A stretch of DNA of 50,242 nucleotides. It comes from Chloroflexota bacterium (lineage in GTDB: Bacteria; Chloroflexota; Anaerolineae; Anaerolineales; UBA11579). Below, in pieces: positions 42,058-50,242 of this stretch (within the stretch, counting starts at the first letter, position 1; every line of letters starts with the position of its first letter). The position numbers and the translations under genes were made by a program. Below the pieces are notes generated by a model. The model searched no databases, was not told where the DNA came from, and saw nothing but the letters and a program-made list of their open reading frames with translations. The DNA is taken from contig JBDLJU010000002.1 of NCBI GenBank assembly GCA_039714215.1, forward strand, positions 1 through 50,242, in the 5' to 3' direction.

Positions 42058-43830
42058 ATGAAACCATTACTGAAAATTGGCAATTTTATCCGTCCATATT
42101 GGCTTTATCTGCTCGGGGCTTTCTTCGCCCTGATCGGGGTGACCGCCACGCAGCTTGCAATCCCGACAATCATTGGTCAGGTGATTGATGTTGGTTTGGA
42201 ATCCGGCGAAGTCTCCTATATGCTTAACGCTGCCCTGCTGATCCTGGCAATTGGGTTTGGGCGGGCGGTGATCTCCTTTTTTCAGCGCTATTTTTCGTCA
42301 GTCGTCTCGATTCAGGTCGGATTTGACGTGCGCAACCGGTTATTCAGCCATATTCAAAACCTGAGCTTCTCCTTCCACGACCACAACCAGACCGGCCAGT
42401 TAATGAGCCGCTGCACCGAAGATGTGCGCTCCATCCAGGAGTTTATTGGCATGGGGATCGTAGAACTGGTTCAAATTATCCTGATGTTGATCGGCACAAT
42501 CGTGCTGATGATCCTTGAAAGCCCCAAGCTGACCCTGATCGCCCTTGCCCCATTAATCCCGCTGCTTTTCATTACTGCCGATTTTGGCGGTCGGGTAAGC
42601 GCTTTGTTTTACACAGTTGATCACGCCCTCGGCGAGCTCTCATCTAAGCTGCAAGAAAATGTCACCGGCGTGCAGGTCGTGCGGGCATTTACCAGGGAGG
42701 GTCACGAAATCGACCGCTTTGACCGCTCTAACAAAGAGCTGTTCGAGGCCCGCATCCATGTGATCAACGAGTGGTCCAAGATCATGCCGACCACCAATTT
42801 CCTGGTCGCCGCTGGCACAATCATGATCTTGTGGTTCGGCGGCCAGATGGTGATCGACGGCCAGCTGACCATTGGGCAGATCGTGCAGTTCAATGCCTAC
42901 ATGCTGCTGATTGCCTCCCCTGCGCAGCAGCTCACCTGGCAGGTCAATGCCGCCGGAGAAGCTGCCGCGGGTAGTCAACGCATCTTTGAAATCCTGGACG
43001 ATCAGCCAGACATCCAAAGCCCCCCCAATGCGATTTCCCCAGAGCAACTCTCCGGGAAAGTCGCATTCAAGAATGTCGAGTTTACCTACCAGGGAGAAAG
43101 CGAACCTGCTCTCAGCGAGATCAATTTCACTGCCGAACCAAACCAAACCATCGCCCTGATCGGCGCTACCGGCTCAGGTAAAACCACACTGATCAATTTG
43201 CTGCCCCGCTTCTACGACACCTCTGCCGGCGAGGTGCTCTTTGACGGGATTGATGTCCGTCAATATGACCTGCACCAGCTCCGCCGCCAGATCGGGATTG
43301 TGCTGCAGTCCTCGCTGTTATTTTCCGCCACCATCCAGGAGAACATCGCCTTCGGCTTGCCTGGAGCCAGTCAGGAACAAATCATTGCCGCCGCCAAGGC
43401 CGCCCAGGCAGATGATTTCATTACCAGCTTCCCCGATGGCTATCAAACCGTGGTCGGCGAGCGCGGCGTGACGCTCTCCGGTGGTCAGCGCCAGCGGGTG
43501 GCAATTGCTCGTGCCCTGCTGATCAACCCACGCTTCTTAATCCTTGACGACTCAACTTCCAGCGTGGATACCGAGACCGAGCACTTGATCCAAAAAGCCC
43601 TCGATAATTTGATGAAGGACCGCACCACATTCATCATCGCCCAGCGTTTATCTTCGGTGCGCGCTGCAGACCTGATTCTGGTGCTCGACCACGGAAAGAT
43701 TGCCGAACGCGGCACCCATCAGGAATTGATCAAGACCGACGGTTTGTATAAAGAGATCCATGATTTACAGCTCACCCAGCACGACCAGGCCCAGGCAGAC
43801 ATTCAGGCTGCCGACCAGGAAGGGAGCTAA
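42058..43830 (+). CDS. ABC exporter permease/ATPase half-transporter, degenerate-site subunit
   Basis: 590 aa. GATGSGKTT and [15 protein letters not shown] are canonical. Walker B is LILDDSTSS (Asp in place of the catalytic Glu) and the H-loop is IIAQRLS (Gln in place of His). Confidence 0.9.
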   Translation: MKPLLKIGNFIRPYWLYLLGAFFALIGVTATQLAIPTIIGQVIDVGLESGEVSYMLNAALLILAIGFGRAVISFFQRYFSSVVSIQVGFDVRNRLFSHIQNLSFSFHDHNQTGQLMSRCTEDVRSIQEFIGMGIVELVQIILMLIGTIVLMILESPKLTLIALAPLIPLLFITADFGGRVSALFYTVDHALGELSSKLQENVTGVQVVRAFTREGHEIDRFDRSNKELFEARIHVINEWSKIMPTTNFLVAAGTIMILWFGGQMVIDGQLTIGQIVQFNAYMLLIASPAQQLTWQVNAAGEAAAGSQRIFEILDDQPDIQSPPNAISPEQLSGKVAFKNVEFTYQGESEPALSEINFTAEPNQTIALIGATGSGKTTLINLLPRFYDTSAGEVLFDGIDVRQYDLHQLRRQIGIVLQSSLLFSATIQENIAFGLPGASQEQIIAAAKAAQADDFITSFPDGYQTVVGERGVTLSGGQRQRVAIARALLINPRFLILDDSTSSVDTETEHLIQKALDNLMKDRTTFIIAQRLSSVRAADLILVLDHGKIAERGTHQELIKTDGLYKEIHDLQLTQHDQAQADIQAADQEGS

Positions 43831-43832
43831 GC

Positions 43833-45653
43833 ATGCGGAAAGTTAAATCGCAGCCAATGCCCAGCCTGCCGGCCCACTATCAGCTGGAGGACGAGAAATA
43901 CGAGGGCTACAACCGGGATGTTTTCCAGGGCGTGTTCAGTTTCATCACGCCGTATAAGCGTGAGCTGATCATCTCGATGATCCTGATGATGATTGGCTCG
44001 GCTGCTTCTGTGGCCGGACCATATCTCACAAAAATTGCGCTGGATGATGGCATCGCCGGAAAAAACGTACCGGTGTTGAGAAACGCGATCCTGCTCTACC
44101 TCGGAATCGCTCTGCTGCAGTGGGCGGTTACCTATGTGAGGATCAATATCATGGCGCGCGCCGGGCAGTCGGCGATCTACGATATGCGCTCCCGGCTGTT
44201 CAACTATATCCAGCAGCTCTCGATGAGTTTCTTCTCGCATTACAGCGTGGGACGCCTGATCTCCCGGGTGATCAACGATGTCAGCGTGCTGCGCCAATTC
44301 GTTACCTGGGCAATTGTCGCCTCACTGCGCAACCTGCTGACCCTGTTTGGGATTATCTTTGCGATGCTCAGCCTCAACGTGCGGCTTTCGCTGTTCAGCT
44401 TTGCAGTGATCCCGCTGATCTTCCTGGCAACCTTCGTGTTCCGCAAGCTGGTCCGTGAGCTGTACCGCAACGTGCGTGCCGGGATGAGCTGGGTGAACTC
44501 CGTACTGGCAGAGAACATTAACGGCGTGCGGGTGATCCAGGCATTCAGCCGGGAAGAACACAACTACGACCAATTTAATAACACGGTCAATCGCTTTCAG
44601 CTGGTCTATAACCTCAAAGTTGCCCGGCTGGTGGCGGTATTCTTCCCCAGCATCGACCTGATCGGCACCCTCGCCACCTTCCTGGTGATCTGGCTGGGCG
44701 GCGCAGCAGTACTCGGCGAACAGGTCACAGCCGGCGTGCTGGTCGCTTTTGTGCTGTATATTGAAAGCTTCTTCCGCCCGATCCAGGACCTCAGCCGGCG
44801 CTATGACCAGTTCCAGTCATCAATGATCGCCGGGGAACGGATCCTCGACCTGCTGGGAACCCCGGTAGAAATCCAGGATCAACCCAAAGCCCAGCCGCTG
44901 CCCCCCATTGAAGGATACGTCGAATTTAAGGATGTCAGCTTCCATTATGCCGACGACCCCAGCACGATGGTGCTGAGCGAGATCAGCCTGGCAGCCACAC
45001 CTGGAGAGACGATCGCCCTGGTCGGCGAGACCGGCGCAGGGAAATCAACGATGATCCGCTTACTGGGCCGCTTCTATGACCCCACCAGCGGTCAGCTCTC
45101 GATCGATGGGCACGACATCCGCAGCGTCACCCAGGCGAGCTTACGCGGTCAAATGGGGATCGTGCTGCAGGAGCCATTTTTATTTGGCGGCTCGGTGCTT
45201 GAAAATATCCGCTTTGGCCGTTTAGACGCCAGGATCGAAGATGTCGAAGCCGCCGCCAAAGCAGTTGGCGCCCACGAGTTCATCACCGCCCTGAGGGATG
45301 GCTACCAGACCTCGGTTGAAGAAGGCGGCGCGCTGCTCTCCGTTGGGCAGCGCCAGCTGATCTCCTTCGCCCGTGCCCTGCTGGCAGACCCGCGTATCCT
45401 GATCCTTGATGAGGCCACCTCAAGCGTCGACACCCAGACGGAACAAATCATCCAGGCAGCCCTGGCGAAACTGCTTAAAGGACGCACCTCGTTCGTGATT
45501 GCCCACCGGCTCTCCACGATCATTAACGCCGACCAGATCATTGTGCTCAGCCAGGGAAAAATTGTAGAACAAGGCCGCCACCACGAGCTGCTCCAGCTCA
45601 AGGGCACCTACTACAATTTATACAATATGGGATTTCAAGAGAAACCAGAGTAA
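43833..45653 (+). CDS. ABC exporter permease/ATPase half-transporter, consensus-site subunit
   Basis: 606 aa. GETGAGKST, LILDEATSS and VIAHRLS are canonical. The signature motif is LSVGQRQ rather than LSGGQ. AGGAAGGGAG lies upstream and the gap to the partner gene is 2 nt. Confidence 0.9.
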   Translation: MRKVKSQPMPSLPAHYQLEDEKYEGYNRDVFQGVFSFITPYKRELIISMILMMIGSAASVAGPYLTKIALDDGIAGKNVPVLRNAILLYLGIALLQWAVTYVRINIMARAGQSAIYDMRSRLFNYIQQLSMSFFSHYSVGRLISRVINDVSVLRQFVTWAIVASLRNLLTLFGIIFAMLSLNVRLSLFSFAVIPLIFLATFVFRKLVRELYRNVRAGMSWVNSVLAENINGVRVIQAFSREEHNYDQFNNTVNRFQLVYNLKVARLVAVFFPSIDLIGTLATFLVIWLGGAAVLGEQVTAGVLVAFVLYIESFFRPIQDLSRRYDQFQSSMIAGERILDLLGTPVEIQDQPKAQPLPPIEGYVEFKDVSFHYADDPSTMVLSEISLAATPGETIALVGETGAGKSTMIRLLGRFYDPTSGQLSIDGHDIRSVTQASLRGQMGIVLQEPFLFGGSVLENIRFGRLDARIEDVEAAAKAVGAHEFITALRDGYQTSVEEGGALLSVGQRQLISFARALLADPRILILDEATSSVDTQTEQIIQAALAKLLKGRTSFVIAHRLSTIINADQIIVLSQGKIVEQGRHHELLQLKGTYYNLYNMGFQEKPE

Positions 45654-45686
45654 AAATAGTTGACCGGTCTCCCCTCCTAAATTGAC

Positions 45687-45804
45687 GTCATTCCAAACGC
45701 TCGCCCGCGAGCGTCGGAATCATTATTCACTCGTTGTTAGAACCAGCCAGATTAATTAACTATCTCAATAATGATCCCTCCAGCGATCCGCTGTTCGGGA
45801 TGGT
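45687..45804 (+). repeat. diverged third copy of the hairpin-forming element seen at 6133 and 6446
   Basis: Shares the 5' end gtcattc and the internal core ccaga(a)ttaat..atctcaataatgat. Has its own inner pairing ggaatcattatt / aataatgatccc. The 3' boundary is approximate. Confidence 0.55.
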
Positions 45805-45897
45805 ATTAACATTCATGTTCACTTTCTTACCTCTAGCCCCAATTACCCTGACCCCACACCAAGCCCAATTCTCGTTTTTATGGTTTAATCACCATTG

Positions 45898-47733
45898 ATG
45901 GCAAACAAAGACAAAAACCACTTTCCGATCAACAGCCGGCCGAGACGCTCGCGCCTCTCGCTGATCAGCAGACTGCTGCTGCTCTTGATCAATATTGTAA
46001 TCCTCGCATTTCTGGGCTGGAACGCCTGGATGGCTGGCATCTTGAACGCCTACCTGCCGGTGAAATACCAGATTACCCCGACAGAAGCAGTTCAAAGCGC
46101 ACCCGATCCAACGCCCACTCCCAGCCCGGAAGCATCCCCCACTGCAGAAAACACCTCAACCCCGCCGCCGACCGCGGCTGCTGCCCAGGCGATCCCCACA
46201 ATCCCAGACCTCCCGGGGATGATCGTGCTCTCGATCAACCAGGCGGGCTACAACCATCTGTTCGCCTACCACCCGCAAAACCTGCCCCTCACCCGCCTGA
46301 CCTACGGCGCATGGGACGACCTCGAACCCGCCCTCAGCCCGGACGGCAACCAGGTGGCCTACTCCTCCAACCGCACCGGGCAGTGGGACATCTACGTGCT
46401 CGACCTCTACAGCGGCGAGCTCAACCAGGTCACCGATGATTTGGCCTATAACGGCAGTCCTGCCTGGTCCCCGGACGGCGTCTGGTTGGCATACGAAAAA
46501 TATCTCGACGGCAACCTCGACATTTTCATGCAGACCGTTGACCACTCGATCGCCGAGACGCGGATCACCTCCCACGGCGCAGCAGACTTTGACCCTGCCT
46601 GGCATCCCGGCGGTTCGCTGATCGCCTTCACCTCGACCCGCACAGGCGCCCAGGACATCCACGTCTCCGACATTGATCAGCTCGGCAGGGCTGGTTTCGT
46701 CACAAACTTCACCCACAACTCTACGATCAATCAAAACCACCCCTCCTGGTCTCCAGACGGCAGCCAGCTGGCTTTCTCTGCGCCGCACCAGGGTTACCCC
46801 GCCATCTACATCGCCGAGTACGTCCAGGGCTCAACCAGCGCCCGCTATCTCACCAACGGCAGCGCGATGAAGTGGTCTCCTGATTCCCGAAATGTACTGG
46901 TCTTACAGGCAACCATTGAAGCAACTTTTATCACCGTACTTGATGCTGTTACCCACAATTATTTGCTGCCGCCCTTTATGCTCAATGGGCGGATCAGCCA
47001 GATCAGCTGGGGCGCCGACCTCTTCCCCGATATTCTCCCTGCCTCCATCGAGCAAGCCGCCAATGCAGACACAAGCGCTTCCTGGCAGATCGAGCTGACC
47101 CCGGATGCCGGATCGCTCTACGGCCGCCAAAACGTGATCGAGCTTCCCGACATCGAAGCCCCCTACCCATCCTTTATCGCCCTGGCGATCGAGCCATTCT
47201 ATGCCCTCAAGGACCGCACCGAGCACGCCCTCGGTTGGGACCTGCTCTCTGGGCTGGAAAATGCGTTTATTCCGCTCTCCACAGCCATGCCGCCCGGCCG
47301 CGCCCAGGATTGGCTCTATACCGGTCGCGCTTTTGCGCTCGACAGCGTGCTCTTCGACCTGGAATGGATGCTGCTGACCCGCGAGGATTACGGCGGGGAA
47401 ACCTACTGGCGGGTATTTATCAAGACCAACAAACAAGACGGTTCTCAGGGCAAGCCGCTCACTGACCTGCCCTGGGTTTTCAGCACCCGCATTACCAATT
47501 CCACCGCATTCCTGGGAGGTGGCGAGCAGGCCAGTATCATCCCAGAGGGCTACTGGTTAGATTTCACCACCCTTGCCGGGGACTACGGCTGGCAGCGCTT
47601 CCCCGCCTTATACAACTGGCAGAGCTATTTCCCCGGGACACGTTTCAACCTCTTCGCGATCACCTCGGGGCTGACCTGGGAAGATGCCATGCTCCAGCTC
47701 TGGCCGCCAGAGATTTTCGAAACCCAGCCATAA
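45898..47733 (+). CDS. membrane-anchored TolB-like beta-propeller (PD40/WD40-like repeats) protein with uncharacterised C-terminal half
   Basis: ATG at 45898 (TTG at 45895 in the track). TM helix LLLLLINIVILAFLGW and a Pro/Thr linker. Repeats PALSPDGNQVAYSSNRTGQWDIYV, PAWSPDGVWLAYEK, PAWHPGGSLIAFTSTRTG, PSWSPDGSQLAFSA. Confidence 0.75.
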   Translation: MANKDKNHFPINSRPRRSRLSLISRLLLLLINIVILAFLGWNAWMAGILNAYLPVKYQITPTEAVQSAPDPTPTPSPEASPTAENTSTPPPTAAAAQAIPTIPDLPGMIVLSINQAGYNHLFAYHPQNLPLTRLTYGAWDDLEPALSPDGNQVAYSSNRTGQWDIYVLDLYSGELNQVTDDLAYNGSPAWSPDGVWLAYEKYLDGNLDIFMQTVDHSIAETRITSHGAADFDPAWHPGGSLIAFTSTRTGAQDIHVSDIDQLGRAGFVTNFTHNSTINQNHPSWSPDGSQLAFSAPHQGYPAIYIAEYVQGSTSARYLTNGSAMKWSPDSRNVLVLQATIEATFITVLDAVTHNYLLPPFMLNGRISQISWGADLFPDILPASIEQAANADTSASWQIELTPDAGSLYGRQNVIELPDIEAPYPSFIALAIEPFYALKDRTEHALGWDLLSGLENAFIPLSTAMPPGRAQDWLYTGRAFALDSVLFDLEWMLLTREDYGGETYWRVFIKTNKQDGSQGKPLTDLPWVFSTRITNSTAFLGGGEQASIIPEGYWLDFTTLAGDYGWQRFPALYNWQSYFPGTRFNLFAITSGLTWEDAMLQLWPPEIFETQP

Positions 47734-47737
47734 ACTG

Positions 47738-48733
47738 ATGAAACGACCTCGCCTGACTCCTTTAATCCTGCCTGCGCTGATCCTGATCGTAGCGATCGGC
47801 ATCTCTGCTGGCGCGGGTCCCGCGATGGCGCAAACTCCCGGAAACACGCCGACACCAACGCTGACCCCTGGCCCTCCTCCAGAGCTGTACCCGATCCCCT
47901 GGTCGATTGTCCCTCACGATCACTTCTTCTTCAGCCGGCCGATTGCTTCGACAGAAAACTCCCTGCCGCTGCCGAGCTACCGGTACGGCGGGGTGTTCTT
48001 CGCCCCAGACCAGCCGCATACCGGCGTTGACTTTGGCGTCGATGCCGGCACTGAGGTGCTGGCCGCCGCGGATGGGCAGGTGCTTTGGGTTGGATATGGC
48101 TTGCTCTATGGTTACGAAGACGAGGAAGACCCCTACGGCCTGGCGATTGCGATCGAGCATGATTTTGGTTACGACAACAAACGCCTTTACACCTTGTATG
48201 CCCATTTATCCGAAGCGAAGGTGGTCAAAGGTCAGCAGGTCAAAACTGGCGAGCTGATTGCACTCTCTGGCAACACCGGGTTCACCACCGCTCCCCATCT
48301 GCATTTCGAAGTCCGTTTGGGAACGAATAATTTTTACCGCACCTACAATCCCGAGCTGTGGCTGACCCCCTTCCAGGGACGCGGCGTGTTAACCGGTAAG
48401 GTCACCGACAATATTGGCAACGAACTCCTCGACCACCCGGTCCATTTACGCAGCCTGGCAACCGAAGAAGAGTTTTTCCTGACCACCTACGGCAACGACC
48501 AGGCAATCAACCCGGATCCATATTACAAAGAAAATTTTGCGATCAGCGACCTGCCCGCCGGTGAGTATGAGATCACGATCACCTTTGAGCTCTACTACTA
48601 CCGTGATACAGTGCGCGTCTATCCCGGAACGGTCAGCTATTTCCGATATTTGGGTCATTGGGGGTTTGTCGATAGCCCGCCCCCGTTAATCATTCCAGAC
48701 TACCTGCCTACCGCCGAAGAAACTCACCCCTGA
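47738..48733 (+). CDS. secreted M23-family (LytM-type) metalloendopeptidase with C-terminal beta-sandwich domain
   Basis: ATG at 47738 gives MKRPRLTPLILPALILIVAIGISAGAGPAMAQ. HTGVDFGVDAGTEV, YAHLSEAKV, GNTGFTTAPHLHFEV. Lies 4 nt after the TolB-like gene. Confidence 0.85.
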   Translation: MKRPRLTPLILPALILIVAIGISAGAGPAMAQTPGNTPTPTLTPGPPPELYPIPWSIVPHDHFFFSRPIASTENSLPLPSYRYGGVFFAPDQPHTGVDFGVDAGTEVLAAADGQVLWVGYGLLYGYEDEEDPYGLAIAIEHDFGYDNKRLYTLYAHLSEAKVVKGQQVKTGELIALSGNTGFTTAPHLHFEVRLGTNNFYRTYNPELWLTPFQGRGVLTGKVTDNIGNELLDHPVHLRSLATEEEFFLTTYGNDQAINPDPYYKENFAISDLPAGEYEITITFELYYYRDTVRVYPGTVSYFRYLGHWGFVDSPPPLIIPDYLPTAEETHP

Positions 48734-48808
48734 GAAAACTTGACACTCAGAACAATTGTGCTAAAATAAGGCACGGTTCATTAATTGATATTTGGAGGTA
48801 CAAATAAA

Positions 48809-49912
48809 ATGGCAGCAAAGAAAAAATCTAAACCTCCAGAGAAAAGTTCAGGCAGCGCACGTGAAGTTGCTTTGGAAAAAGCTCTGGGTGATATTACCAA
48901 ACGCTTCGGCGATGGCGCGATCATGCGCCTGGGGGAAGCCTCCAGCCTGCAGGTTGAAGCAATCCCCACTGGATGTTTATCGATCGATATCGCTCTCGGC
49001 GTTGGCGGGATTCCCCGCGGCCGGGTAACCGAGATCTACGGTCCGGAATCTTCCGGGAAAACCACGCTGTGCCTGCACATCATTGCTGAAGCGCAGAAGC
49101 TAGGCGGGGCGGCCGCATTCATCGACATGGAGCATGCCCTTGACCCGGCTTACGCCAAAGTGCTTGGCGTGGATGTCGATAACCTGATCATCGCCCAGCC
49201 CGATATGGGTGAGCAGGCCCTGGAAATCACCGAGACCCTGGTGCGCTCGGGGGCTGTCGATATCGTCGTGGTCGACTCAGTTGCTGCCCTGGTGCCCCGC
49301 TCGGAGCTCGAAGGCGATATGGGCGATGCCACCATGGGGATGCAGGCCCGCCTGATGTCCCAGGCGCTGCGCAAGCTCTCTGGAGCGATCAAACAGACCA
49401 ACACCGCAGTAGTTTTCACCAACCAGCTCCGCCAAAAGATCGGCGTAATGTTCGGAAACCCCGAAACCACCACCGGCGGGATGGCGCTCAAATTCTACTC
49501 TTCGGTACGGCTGGATATAAGAAAAATTCAGCAGATCAAGAGCGGATCAGAAGTGATCGGCAACCGCACCCGCGTGCGGGTGGTCAAAAATAAAGTAGCC
49601 CCCCCGTTCCGCACTGTGGAATTCGACATCATGTATAATGAAGGCATCTCAAAAGCTGGCGACCTGCTTGACCTGGCAGTCGAGCTTGACGTGATCGATA
49701 AGCGCGGTTCCTTCTACTCCTACGGCGAACTCCGCCTGGGACAGGGACGCGAAAACAGCAAGCAGTTCCTCCGTGAAAACGGAGAAATGGCCGCTGAAAT
49801 CGAAGGAATCATCCGTCAAGAACTGCTCACCAGCCTGGCTGATATGCCACTGGAAGAAATTGATGAAGAAATCCCTGAGGAACTATTGGAAGAAACAGCC
49901 GCAAAAGAATAA
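48809..49912 (+). CDS. recA: recombinase RecA
   Basis: ATG at 48809 lies 10 nt after [47 protein letters not shown]. Confidence 0.95.
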   Translation: MAAKKKSKPPEKSSGSAREVALEKALGDITKRFGDGAIMRLGEASSLQVEAIPTGCLSIDIALGVGGIPRGRVTEIYGPESSGKTTLCLHIIAEAQKLGGAAAFIDMEHALDPAYAKVLGVDVDNLIIAQPDMGEQALEITETLVRSGAVDIVVVDSVAALVPRSELEGDMGDATMGMQARLMSQALRKLSGAIKQTNTAVVFTNQLRQKIGVMFGNPETTTGGMALKFYSSVRLDIRKIQQIKSGSEVIGNRTRVRVVKNKVAPPFRTVEFDIMYNEGISKAGDLLDLAVELDVIDKRGSFYSYGELRLGQGRENSKQFLRENGEMAAEIEGIIRQELLTSLADMPLEEIDEEIPEELLEETAAKE

Positions 49913-49946
49913 CCTGAGGTTTTCCCCTGCTCGAGTTGGAATACTC

Positions 49947-50242
49947 TTGTTACTTACCGCCTTGCTCTCCGCCTGTGGAGAGCAAGCTGCGGTTAACAAC
50001 CCCGATTACTATCTCCCCCCGACCCTCAGCCACCACCCCACCGAGATCCCGCTGGCAACACCGACCGAAATTCAACCCACCGCCACACCCTACTGCGAAA
50101 ACGATCTGACCTTCATCGAGGATGTCAACTATCCCGACAACACTGAAGTCACTCCCGGCACGCTGGTAGACAAGATCTGGCTGGTGGAGAATTCAGGCAC
50201 CTGCAGCTGGGACTCGCAGTACCGCATCCGCTTTGTGGAAGG
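49947..50242 (+). CDS. lipoprotein with NBR1-like Ig domain, N-terminal part only (continues beyond window end)
   Basis: Absent from the track because it has no stop in the window. Hand translation gives (L)LLTALLSACGEQAAVNN...TPYCENDLTFIEDVNYPDNTEVTPGTLVDKIWLVENSGTCSWDSQYRIRFVEG. This parallels the C-terminal domain of the 6731-7660 protein. The only in-frame start candidate after the upstream TGA is the TTG at 49947, so the start is uncertain. Confidence 0.5.
   Translation, partial: MLLTALLSACGEQAAVNNPDYYLPPTLSHHPTEIPLATPTEIQPTATPYCENDLTFIEDVNYPDNTEVTPGTLVDKIWLVENSGTCSWDSQYRIRFVE

Overview
Densely coding bacterial chromosomal segment. The housekeeping backbone is G+C-rich and includes rlmI-like, folC, mutS, apgM, ogt, alaS-ruvX-mltG and recA, plus many envelope and transport genes. 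I saw no rRNA, tRNA, CRISPR array, transposase or integrase. Gene content suggests a monoderm Chloroflexota/Anaerolineae-like organism: fused MFS/spermidine synthase, NBR1-like lipoproteins, and several archaeal-flavoured families (DUF211, short VIT, DUF1616, ApgM). That taxonomic call is inference only.

The most interesting region is a clearly AT-richer block at about 23.6-33.6 kb, extending functionally to 34.6 kb. It carries a co-directional glycan-assembly cassette: a GT2 polyprenyl-P glycosyltransferase, three GT4 enzymes, a Wzx-like flippase and a sulfotransferase. It ends with a coupled module of a giant polytopic membrane protein, a DUF1616-like protein and a CPBP intramembrane protease. 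I recognised no priming, chain-length or export gene in it.

Other items worth follow-up:
- A 128-nt hairpin-forming repeat family: two near-identical copies upstream of folC and a diverged copy at 45.7 kb.
- A leaderless GH25 muramidase carrying five copies of an unrecognised ~60-aa repeat.
- A membrane-tethered metzincin-like protein translationally coupled to rlmI.
- A DUF211 / short-VIT operon with a perfect palindrome in its promoter region.
- A possible SbnI/SerK-like ParB/Srx-fold kinase.
- An asymmetric heterodimeric ABC exporter.
- A 506-aa gene inserted into the alaS-ruvX-mltG block.

The ORF track uses ATG, GTG and TTG starts and takes the longest ORF. I trimmed several starts to Shine-Dalgarno-supported codons. 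Two edge-truncated CDSs missing from the track were recovered by hand translation. All family assignments rest on motif recognition by eye, with no searches run.
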